From NCBI GenBank assembly GCA_043748345.1, contig JAYTNJ010000086.1, forward strand, positions 7,259 through 71,258: a stretch of DNA of 64,000 bases, read 5' to 3'. The notes beneath the pieces are model-generated. The model was not told the origin of the DNA. It did not search any database and saw nothing but the letters and a program-made list of their open reading frames with translations. This stretch comes from Saprospiraceae bacterium (GTDB taxonomy: Bacteria; Bacteroidota; Bacteroidia; Chitinophagales; Saprospiraceae). The position numbers and the translations under genes are program-made. Below, piece by piece: positions 18,382 through 26,482 of this stretch; the first letter of the stretch is position 1, and each line of letters opens with the position of its first letter.

Positions 18382-19852
18382 TTATGATTTTTCTGTTCCC
18401 AACAGACAATCATATGTTGCTATAATAATGATTCTCTTCAAGACTGTGAATGTGGTAGTGAGACAGCTTTTCCCTATCGTATTAGTTGTATTGGTGGGTG
18501 GATCAAAAAACAGAGGTGATTATCTAATATGGTTCGTGATAGTAGCGTCTTCATTATCAATGATTTATTCAATTGTCAATTTCTTCAGAACCCATTTTAT
18601 CGTACAGGGAAATGAACTTATCCTTCATACCGGAATATTTAACAGAAAAAAGCTCTCCATACCTTTTGAAAGAATCCAAACTATAAATTTTGAACAGAAC
18701 ATCATCCATCAGTTTTTTTCAGTACTGAGAATGAAAGTAGATACAGCAGGTTCAGAAAAAAATGAATTTGAATTTCATGCTCTAGAGGCAGAAAAAGCTT
18801 ATGCCTTAAGAGATGCAATTATGGAAGAAAAAAAATCTCTGAATACTATTTCCTCACACACTTCCGACGAAGAAAAACCACTAGAATTTAGCCCAATAAT
18901 GTCTCTCACTCAGACCCAGTTGCTGAAAGTCGGACTCACACAAAATCATATTAAATCTGGCGGGCTAATATTTTTATTCTTCTTTTGGATATATCAAAAC
19001 CTTAAAGAAGTCGGTGTCGATGTAGATGAATATTCAGAGGATATACCTCAATGGGAGATGGGATTTTATCTTATATTCAGTTTGACAGCTTTTTTCATAT
19101 TTATTTCTGTGCTCATCTCTCTGATTAGAACTTTAATCACAAATTATGACCTTAAATTCTTACGATCATCGAGAGGGTTTAAAGTGATCAGTGGTCTTCT
19201 CACAAAAAGAGAAGTCTCAGCCCTGGACCATAAAATACAGCATGTTTCATGGTCTGATAACCTCTTAAAAAGATGGATAGGCTTTAAAGATTTATCATTA
19301 AATCAGGCATCAAGCAATGAACTGACATCTAAACAAAATATTCGAATCCCCGGATGTACTATGGACCATATTCATCTGGTAACTTCTAGCGTGTTTGGTC
19401 AGATTGATTTTGATTCAATGAAGATGAACGGAATCGATAAAAAATATTTCATTAGATATACTTTCATTATAGTAGTACTTATAATTTTAACTATTATTAT
19501 CGCAGGTATCATCGACCAATATTCAAAAATCCCATACCTGCTAATTGCAGGATTATATCTTATTGGTACAAGGTATATTGGATTTAGAAAAATAACCTTC
19601 GGCTTCAATGATGAACTTATTTATATCACGGGTGGAATTTTTGGAGAAAAAGCTGAAGTGATGCCCATGTTTAAGATTCAGGCCTTGGAAATTTATCAAT
19701 CACCCTATCAAACAAAACACCATCTGGCCAGCATTACCCTATTTACAGCTTCAGGAAAACTCAAAATTCCATATATTGACCTATCAACTTGTATAAATCT
19801 CTCCGATTTATTCCTTTTTAAAACAGAATCAGACCGTAGAATGTGGATGTGA
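18368..19852 (+). CDS. YdbT-like membrane protein with three bPH_2 domains
   Basis: Three copies of the G.F.RK...IP..RIQ.I...Q....Q-type module separated by TM hairpins. Overlaps the YdbS-like gene by 14 nt. Confidence 0.75.
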   Translation: MKKNNYDFSVPNRQSYVAIIMILFKTVNVVVRQLFPIVLVVLVGGSKNRGDYLIWFVIVASSLSMIYSIVNFFRTHFIVQGNELILHTGIFNRKKLSIPFERIQTINFEQNIIHQFFSVLRMKVDTAGSEKNEFEFHALEAEKAYALRDAIMEEKKSLNTISSHTSDEEKPLEFSPIMSLTQTQLLKVGLTQNHIKSGGLIFLFFFWIYQNLKEVGVDVDEYSEDIPQWEMGFYLIFSLTAFFIFISVLISLIRTLITNYDLKFLRSSRGFKVISGLLTKREVSALDHKIQHVSWSDNLLKRWIGFKDLSLNQASSNELTSKQNIRIPGCTMDHIHLVTSSVFGQIDFDSMKMNGIDKKYFIRYTFIIVVLIILTIIIAGIIDQYSKIPYLLIAGLYLIGTRYIGFRKITFGFNDELIYITGGIFGEKAEVMPMFKIQALEIYQSPYQTKHHLASITLFTASGKLKIPYIDLSTCINLSDLFLFKTESDRRMWM

Positions 19853-19886
19853 TACGTTGTAAAAATTATACAGTGTGAATAGAAAG

Positions 19887-20357
19887 TCAAGAAATTTTGA
19901 ATTGTTTGATAATGTCAATCATCATCTCGGGATTTTTTGTCCCTATCAGTAACCTTTTATTATCCTTCTGTAAGAGCTGCAGACCTGATTTACCGCCGAT
20001 AGTACATGCCCATCCTGATTTGCCCCATCTCATACCCCAGCCCCCATATTCAGCCCAAGGGCTATATTGTCTGACTTCTTGCTTAGCAATATCTCTCCAG
20101 GCTATATATCGCCAACTGAAATGAAACGGAAAAAACCGATAGTGTACCCCATCTGAATCTATACGAGTGTACAACCGCAATGAAAAAAGAAAAGCAACTA
20201 AAAACCCTACGCTTGACATACTGACATAAAATAAATTTAAGTCGTTATATCCAAAATAAAAATAAATCAACCAATTGAATCCAACAGTAATTGTAAATAA
20301 CAAAAGGGGCCAAATATTATCCATTTTTTGTACTTCTTCATACAATGGTTTATTCAT
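19887..20357 (-). CDS. Small membrane protein, function unknown
   Basis: 156-aa ORF with two predicted N-terminal TM helices and a Trp/Gly-rich soluble tail. ATGA overlap with the upstream peptidase gene. Confidence 0.6.
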   Translation of the reverse strand: MNKPLYEEVQKMDNIWPLLLFTITVGFNWLIYFYFGYNDLNLFYVSMSSVGFLVAFLFSLRLYTRIDSDGVHYRFFPFHFSWRYIAWRDIAKQEVRQYSPWAEYGGWGMRWGKSGWACTIGGKSGLQLLQKDNKRLLIGTKNPEMMIDIIKQFKIS

Positions 20358-21610
20358 CAGAAAGTAACTTTTTTTAACATTTCTTTCCCATCGCGCAAAA
20401 CTACAACATCGACAGTTTGTCCAGGTTTAAATAACGTCAGACACTTCATATATGTTTGCATATCAGGTACACTAAGTTCGCCCATTTTGATGATAATATC
20501 ACCTTTTATTAAACCTGCTAGCTGTCCCGGTTTACCATCCTTTACGCCGTCAAGCTTCATGCCTGTACCGTCATACAGATAATCAGGCATTACACCCAAT
20601 GTTACTGTAAATGCCATTCTTGTTTGCGATTCGTCTTTGGTCTTGGTAAATGTAAGTTTTTCATTTTTATCCAATGAACTAACTACAGTGTAAATATACT
20701 CTACCACATCCGTTATACCTGTATAGTTGATATTTTGATGATCATCTGATGGTTTGTGATAGTCACTATGCTGGCCGGTAAAAAATGCCAGGACGGGTAT
20801 ATCAGAATTATAAAACGAAGCGTGGTCTGATGGGCCCATCCCTGATAACTCCTTTTTTATACTCAATTTTGTAGTTTTGATTCCATCAAGTACGGACTCA
20901 AAAACCGGGGAAGTACCCACTCCACTCACTGATATTTTTTTTTCGGCATTCAGTCTTCCGATCATATCCATATTGACCATATAGTTGAATTTCTTTTTAT
21001 CCATTTTTGTATTATTCACAAAATAATTAGATCCCCACAGTCCTTTTTCTTCTCCGGAAAAGCATATAAAGAGATAGTTGTTATTTTTCAAACCTGCTTT
21101 TTTAATACTTTCAGCCAAAAAAAATACCCCAGCCACTCCACTCGCATTATCATCAGCACCATTGTGGATTGCTCTTTCGCCAACATACAAAGACCCTTCG
21201 TGTCCATAACCCAAATGGTCATAATGTGCACCAATTATCACAGTATTGGATGCATTGTTATTGATGTATCCTAAAATGTTTTTCCCTGTGACAGACGTTG
21301 CAGTAACAGAAGTGTCATCGCCATGCGGGTTATTACTTTTTTTTCGCGTAAAAGACTGATAAAAAGTATTATTATCTCCAACCGGAGCAAGCCCTAAATC
21401 TTTAAATCTCCCTGATATATATTCAGCTGCTTTTCTTTCGCCTTCTGTCCCGACCTCTCTTCCTTCCATATCATCAGATGCAAGCGTGATAATATCTACA
21501 GCTATATTTTGTTTAGGAAATTCAATGGGAAAAGTAGTCTTTTTACTACATGAAACCAGAAAAAAAATAGCAAAAGTAATATAGAAAAGTAAATTAATAA
21601 ATGACTTCAT
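20357..21610 (-). CDS. M28 family aminopeptidase with C-terminal PDZ domain
   Basis: Lipoprotein-like signal (LVSCSKK). M28 metal ligand motifs (GAHYDHLG, GADDNASG, FSGEEKGLWGS, NMDMIG, SDH). C-terminal PDZ (GKPGQLAGLIKGDIIIKMG...GQTVDVVVLRDGKE). Confidence 0.85.
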   Translation of the reverse strand: MKSFINLLFYITFAIFFLVSCSKKTTFPIEFPKQNIAVDIITLASDDMEGREVGTEGERKAAEYISGRFKDLGLAPVGDNNTFYQSFTRKKSNNPHGDDTSVTATSVTGKNILGYINNNASNTVIIGAHYDHLGYGHEGSLYVGERAIHNGADDNASGVAGVFFLAESIKKAGLKNNNYLFICFSGEEKGLWGSNYFVNNTKMDKKKFNYMVNMDMIGRLNAEKKISVSGVGTSPVFESVLDGIKTTKLSIKKELSGMGPSDHASFYNSDIPVLAFFTGQHSDYHKPSDDHQNINYTGITDVVEYIYTVVSSLDKNEKLTFTKTKDESQTRMAFTVTLGVMPDYLYDGTGMKLDGVKDGKPGQLAGLIKGDIIIKMGELSVPDMQTYMKCLTLFKPGQTVDVVVLRDGKEMLKKVTF

Positions 21611-21635
21611 TGTATCAAATTTTATTTATGAATCA

Positions 21636-21643
21636 CAAAGTTA
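21636..21643 (-). promoter_or_regulatory. Candidate Bacteroidota -7 box (TAnnTTTG on minus strand) for the M28-PDZ gene
   Basis: The plus strand reads caaagtta, the reverse complement of TAacTTTG, 26 nt upstream of the start codon. Confidence 0.4.
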
Positions 21644-21750
21644 ATGATTTGAGGGAGCATTCAGAAAGAGTGATCTTGTTTTATTAACTCATAGTGACTT
21701 AAATCATTAATTATTTACGCTTTTGTGACAATAAAGCAGGTCTTTAATTC

Positions 21751-21758
21751 TACTTTTG
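21751..21758 (+). promoter_or_regulatory. Candidate Bacteroidota -7 box TActTTTG
   Basis: 28 nt upstream of ATG 21786. Confidence 0.45.
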
Positions 21759-21785
21759 CGTTTTTAGTGTATAAAATCATAAAAT

Positions 21786-22886
21786 ATGATAAGAATAGTA
21801 TGTTCAGCATTTTCGGTGTTTTTACTTTTCGCTTGTAGCAGCCCAAAAAGCGGTATTTTGAATACACCACTCAGTACTACAGAAGATACCTTAAAGTATG
21901 AAAAAGAAGTGCATCTCAAAAATGTCAGACAAATCACCTTCGGGGGTGACAATGCAGAAGCATACTGGAGTTTTGATAATAAAAAAGTAGTATTTCAAGC
22001 CACCAATAAAATGTGGGGTGCAGAATGCGACCAGATTTATTATTTCGATATTGGAAAATGGGAAAGAAAAGCTGGCCCTCCCTCACTATTAAGTACAGGA
22101 AAAGGTAGAACTACTTGCAGTTTTTTTATGCCTGGAAATAAAAATATTGTTTACGCATCTACTCATGAAACACTGGCTGCCTGTCCGCATGTACCGGAGC
22201 GACGAGAAGATGGAAAATATATTTGGCCCATTTATGAAACTTTTGATATTTACCACAGCGACTTAGATGGTAATATCATCAAAAAACTGACCAATACACC
22301 AGGATATGATGCTGAAGCAACGGTCTCTCCCAAAGGAGATAAAATAGTTTTTACTTCTTTACGTAGCGGAGATCTCGAACTTTACACAATGAATATAGAT
22401 GGATCTGATGTACGTCAGGTTACTAACTTACTCGGCTACGATGGTGGAGCTTTCTTTTCACCCGACGGTAAAAAACTTATTTTCAGGGCTTCAAGACCTA
22501 AAACTGATGAAGATATCAAAGTTTACAAAGAACTATTAGCCGTGGGTCAGGTGATGCCCACCAATATGGAATTGTTTGTTTGTAATGTAGATGGTTCTGA
22601 TTTGAGGCAGTTAACTAATTTGGGGAAAGCAAATTGGGCCCCCTTCTTCCATCATAAGGGTGATAAAGTAATTTTTTCTTCAAATCACGCGGCACCACGA
22701 GGGTATCAGTTTAATCTTTATATGATTAATCTGGACGGAACCGGTTTACAGCAAATAACCTATGACAAAGTATTTGATTCCTTTCCTATGTTCTCATACG
22801 ACGGTAAAAAAATAATTTTTTCGTCTAATAGAAACAATGGAGGCACAAGAGATACTAATTTATTTATTGCCGATTGGGTTGATTAA
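21786..22886 (+). CDS. PD40/TolB-like beta-propeller repeat lipoprotein
   Basis: Lipobox (LLFACSS). Repeated PD40 motifs (VSPKGDKIVFTSLRSG, FSPDGKKLIFRASR, FSYDGKKIIFSSNRN). Confidence 0.8.
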   Translation: MIRIVCSAFSVFLLFACSSPKSGILNTPLSTTEDTLKYEKEVHLKNVRQITFGGDNAEAYWSFDNKKVVFQATNKMWGAECDQIYYFDIGKWERKAGPPSLLSTGKGRTTCSFFMPGNKNIVYASTHETLAACPHVPERREDGKYIWPIYETFDIYHSDLDGNIIKKLTNTPGYDAEATVSPKGDKIVFTSLRSGDLELYTMNIDGSDVRQVTNLLGYDGGAFFSPDGKKLIFRASRPKTDEDIKVYKELLAVGQVMPTNMELFVCNVDGSDLRQLTNLGKANWAPFFHHKGDKVIFSSNHAAPRGYQFNLYMINLDGTGLQQITYDKVFDSFPMFSYDGKKIIFSSNRNNGGTRDTNLFIADWVD

Positions 22887-22894
22887 ATTATAAC

Positions 22895-23524
22895 ATGGTC
22901 CACATTACAAAAAAAAACATACTGGGCATGGATATGGTGCCGAGACTTACACTAGTCAATGGTATCACCGGATATAAACCCGCCAATCTGATAGGTACTG
23001 TAAGCTCTGACAAAAAAACAAATCTTGCAATAATCAGTTCTGTCGTTCACTTAGGTTCTGATCCTGCGCTAATAGGATTTATTATGCGCCCATTGGTAGG
23101 GGAGAGACATACCATGGAAAACATCCTTGCAACAGGAAAATACACAATCAACCACATTCATGAAGAAATTGCAGAAAGAGGGCACTTCACTTCAGCAGAT
23201 TTTCCAAGAGATACATCAGAATTTGAAAGGTGCAATCTCACACCAGAGTTTTTATTTGATTTCGAAGCGCCTTATGTTCTGGAAAGTAAGATAAAAATCG
23301 GTTTGAGTCTGGTTGAATCAGTATATCTAGGTATCAATAAAACGATAATGGTTATCGGACAGGTTGAACATATAATTATGAAAGAAAATTATATAGGTGA
23401 TAACGGTGGAATTGATCTTAACGCATCAGGTACTATATGTATTTCCGGGTTGGATACATATCATCATGTCAATAAAATTATAAGTTATCCCTATGCGCGA
23501 CCAGAAAACGTACCTAAGTTTTGA
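22895..23524 (+). CDS. Flavin reductase-like (FMN-binding split-barrel) domain protein
   Basis: 209-aa ORF resembling the flavin reductase-like family (..PANLIGT.S..G..NLA..SS..HLGS.P.L.GF..RP....H..). Recognition is moderate. Confidence 0.55.
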   Translation: MVHITKKNILGMDMVPRLTLVNGITGYKPANLIGTVSSDKKTNLAIISSVVHLGSDPALIGFIMRPLVGERHTMENILATGKYTINHIHEEIAERGHFTSADFPRDTSEFERCNLTPEFLFDFEAPYVLESKIKIGLSLVESVYLGINKTIMVIGQVEHIIMKENYIGDNGGIDLNASGTICISGLDTYHHVNKIISYPYARPENVPKF

Positions 23525-23554
23525 TTGTACTTTCTTCATATTGTCACATACTAA

Positions 23555-24796
23555 TTAAAGGATTCCATTTTTCCTGTCTTCCATAGCGTGATATGTGTTC
23601 CAAAGTTCAAAAAACTCGTGGACAGCTTTACCACTATAGCTACATATAGAGTTAAATAAAAAAACTACGCCTATATCCTGATTCTTGTCAAATGCGATCT
23701 CAGTTCTGAATCCATTAACCAATCCACCGTGATAAGCCAATTGATTATTTTTTGTATTGACTATCCTCCACCCAAGTCCGTAATGAGTGTCCTTTATTCC
23801 TGGCCAATTATTAAAATATTTATCATCAGATGATGTATTTATATAAGGTGTGAAGGCAATAATTCGGGCATTAGGAGAGATTACATCAGGTCTGTAACCC
23901 ATGACGGCCCCGAGCCATTTCTCCATATCGGTAAGTGGGGCGTTAATTCCACCTGCAGAAGCAACATTATAATAGTGTGGTTTCAATTCCAAAGGAACGT
24001 AACCTTTTTTAGAACCATGATACCTGTGTCCGGTGCAGTAATTATCTGAATATCTGAGTTCATTAAAAGTACAGCTGGTATTACACATAGATAATGGCGA
24101 AAAAATATAAAAGTCCAGCGCCTGAGCATATGTCATACTTGTAGATGACTCTATTACTTTTTCTATCAGCCCGTAAGCCGCATTCTGATACGCATAAGCT
24201 TTACCAGTTGAGTCCCGGGGAGTCAACCGATTGAGATAACTAATTATCGTTTCCATGTTGCGGTTATCGTCAACAAGATTGGAGTAAGCATGTTCTGTGA
24301 GTCCGGTCGAGTGGGTAAGAACATGTTTTACCCGCAATATCTTATCTAGGGATTTTGCTTTAATTTTCAACTCAGGAATGTACATAACAAGGGGATCATC
24401 CAGACTAAAATTTTTTTTGTCTATTAGGATTGCCGCCAGTATCCCGGCAAAGCCTTTAGAGACTGATCCCAGCCTGAAAACACTTGAAGTTGTAATGCTG
24501 TCTTTTGAATTTCTGGAACGTACTCCATATGTTTTTTCAAAAATTATTTGATCATTTTTCATGACCAACACAGCTACACCTGGGCATCCGATGGCATCCA
24601 TATTTCTCTGAATCTGCTGGTCAAGAAGCCTGTTAAAAGACGTATCTACCAATGATTTCTGAGAAGTGTACCCTACAGCCTGAAATGGAAAAGGATATCG
24701 TTTATAGCAAGTAGAAAATGTAATACTTAAAGCAAAAAGCAACATCGTCCATTTATTCTGACCAATTTTTAACATTTTCAATTCAGCTGACTTCAC
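23555..24796 (-). CDS. Serine hydrolase, beta-lactamase/PBP4* (class C-related) family
   Basis: SxxK active-site motif (LGSVSKGF), a YxN-like motif (YQNAAYG) and an HGG-type box (AYHGGLVNGF). Confidence 0.8.
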   Translation of the reverse strand: MKSAELKMLKIGQNKWTMLLFALSITFSTCYKRYPFPFQAVGYTSQKSLVDTSFNRLLDQQIQRNMDAIGCPGVAVLVMKNDQIIFEKTYGVRSRNSKDSITTSSVFRLGSVSKGFAGILAAILIDKKNFSLDDPLVMYIPELKIKAKSLDKILRVKHVLTHSTGLTEHAYSNLVDDNRNMETIISYLNRLTPRDSTGKAYAYQNAAYGLIEKVIESSTSMTYAQALDFYIFSPLSMCNTSCTFNELRYSDNYCTGHRYHGSKKGYVPLELKPHYYNVASAGGINAPLTDMEKWLGAVMGYRPDVISPNARIIAFTPYINTSSDDKYFNNWPGIKDTHYGLGWRIVNTKNNQLAYHGGLVNGFRTEIAFDKNQDIGVVFLFNSICSYSGKAVHEFFELWNTYHAMEDRKNGIL

Positions 24797-24824
24797 AAAA
24801 ACTAATTATATATAATAAAAAATG

Positions 24825-24832
24825 CAAATATA
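24825..24832 (-). promoter_or_regulatory. Candidate -7 box (reverse complement of TAtaTTTG)
   Basis: caaatata on the plus strand, 29 nt upstream of start 24796. Confidence 0.35.
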
Positions 24833-25092
24833 TTAAATATTGTTAATCTTGAAGATTATATAGCGACAAATATATATTTTAATATAACAACTAGTATGTA
24901 ACTAAAAATTTATTTTTCATTCTACCTGTGGTTAGATTTTGTGTATCGATAATCAGTTATATTTTAAAACCTGATAATTAGCCCTTTTAGCATTAAATAC
25001 CAACTATTTCTAATTCAGAATTTTATTGTAAAAATTTGTTTTACTTTTACTGTCGGGAAATAGTTGACATTGTACATTGTATCGTTAGTATT

Positions 25093-26013
25093 ATGCAAAA
25101 TTTAGATCATATCAGTATTAATTTTAATCAAGGGCAAGTTACACTTCTTAATATCTGCTTGGGTATACTTATGTTTGGTGTTGCTCTGGATCTGAAATTT
25201 TCGGATTTTTCATATATGATAAAAAAACCTAAACCGGTTTTGGGAGGACTTTTTTCTCAGTTGGTTCTACTTCCTCTTATTACTATTGCTTTGATATGGA
25301 TTATTCGACCTGAATTCAGTCTGGCTGTGGGTATGATGTTGATAGCAGCATGTCCCGGAGGCAACGTTTCCAATTATGCGGTTCATTTATCTGGTGCAAA
25401 TGTTGCATTATCAGTTATCCTTACTACTATCTCAACACTTTTTTGCGTTTTTACTACCCCATTGATTTTTTCTTTTTCGGCACCTTTTTTACCTGTGTCG
25501 ATAGACAACAATTTTAATTTTGATATCAGTTTTATGAGTATGGCTTATACTATTGGCCAGCTTATTATCATACCAATTTTTATAGGTCAGATTTTTCTTC
25601 GATTATTTCCCGAAACCACAGCCTTAATAAAAAAACCTGTGAAGCTTTTAAGTCTTTTAATATTTATTGGTTTTGTGATTTTTGCCATTGCAGGAAATCT
25701 GGATAATCTTCAAAAATATCTTGGAGTTGTTTTTTTTATCGTTTTGATACACAATGGACTTGCCTTGTGGGTAGGTTATGCTTGGTCTAAAAATATTTTA
25801 AATCTTCCTAATAAAGATGCACAAGCTATTTCGATTGAAACAGGCATTCAAAATTCAGGATTGGCCCTGATTCTGATATTTAATTTTTTTGATGGAAAAG
25901 GTGGCATGGCATTAATTGCTGCATGGTGGAGTGTCTGGCATCTACTTAGTGCATCATTCCTGGCTTTTATCTGGAGTCGCCAGTTAAAAAACACTAATGT
26001 TCATGACCAATGA
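25093..26013 (+). CDS. Bile acid:sodium symporter (BASS/SBF-like) family transporter
   Basis: Polytopic membrane protein with CPGGNVSN and IETGIQNSGLA motifs typical of SBF-like transporters. ATG 25093 is preferred over the upstream TTG. Confidence 0.8.
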   Translation: MQNLDHISINFNQGQVTLLNICLGILMFGVALDLKFSDFSYMIKKPKPVLGGLFSQLVLLPLITIALIWIIRPEFSLAVGMMLIAACPGGNVSNYAVHLSGANVALSVILTTISTLFCVFTTPLIFSFSAPFLPVSIDNNFNFDISFMSMAYTIGQLIIIPIFIGQIFLRLFPETTALIKKPVKLLSLLIFIGFVIFAIAGNLDNLQKYLGVVFFIVLIHNGLALWVGYAWSKNILNLPNKDAQAISIETGIQNSGLALILIFNFFDGKGGMALIAAWWSVWHLLSASFLAFIWSRQLKNTNVHDQ

Positions 26014-26335
26014 TCTGTTTTTGATCAGGTATCATAACTTCTATAAGTGCTTCATTATCAAGTACTATACATTGACATGCCAGTCTTGATTCTATCCTGG
26101 GATTTATAGCCCTATCTATAAAGTCTTCTTCCTTATCTGAAATCTCTTCCAGCTCATCTGAACCTTTCATAACGTAGATATGGCAAGTAGAACATGCACA
26201 TACACCCCCGCAATTGTGGCTAAGATGTACATCAAAATCTTCTGTTGCTTCCAGTATTGAATATCCTTCAGACACTCCTTCTGCAATTATTTCAGATATT
26301 GTATTGTCTTCAAATCTGAATTTAATAGTTGCCAT
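25994..26335 (-). CDS. 2Fe-2S ferredoxin (adrenodoxin/ISC Fdx type)
   Basis: Cys ligand pattern CGGVCACSTCH...C (C-x5-C-x2-C ... C), 113 aa. Confidence 0.85.
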   Translation of the reverse strand: MATIKFRFEDNTISEIIAEGVSEGYSILEATEDFDVHLSHNCGGVCACSTCHIYVMKGSDELEEISDKEEDFIDRAINPRIESRLACQCIVLDNEALIEVMIPDQKQIIGHEH

Positions 26336-26482
26336 CTTAAAGTAAGTTTGTAAAAAATGATGCGAAATTACTCTTCACATTCATAATAAAAAACATAAAT
26401 ACAAGATATTGGTTCAAAATATTTTTATTGTGCTGTTTTATTCATTTTTTTGCCCTCTTTTATTTCAAACAGAAATTCATTC

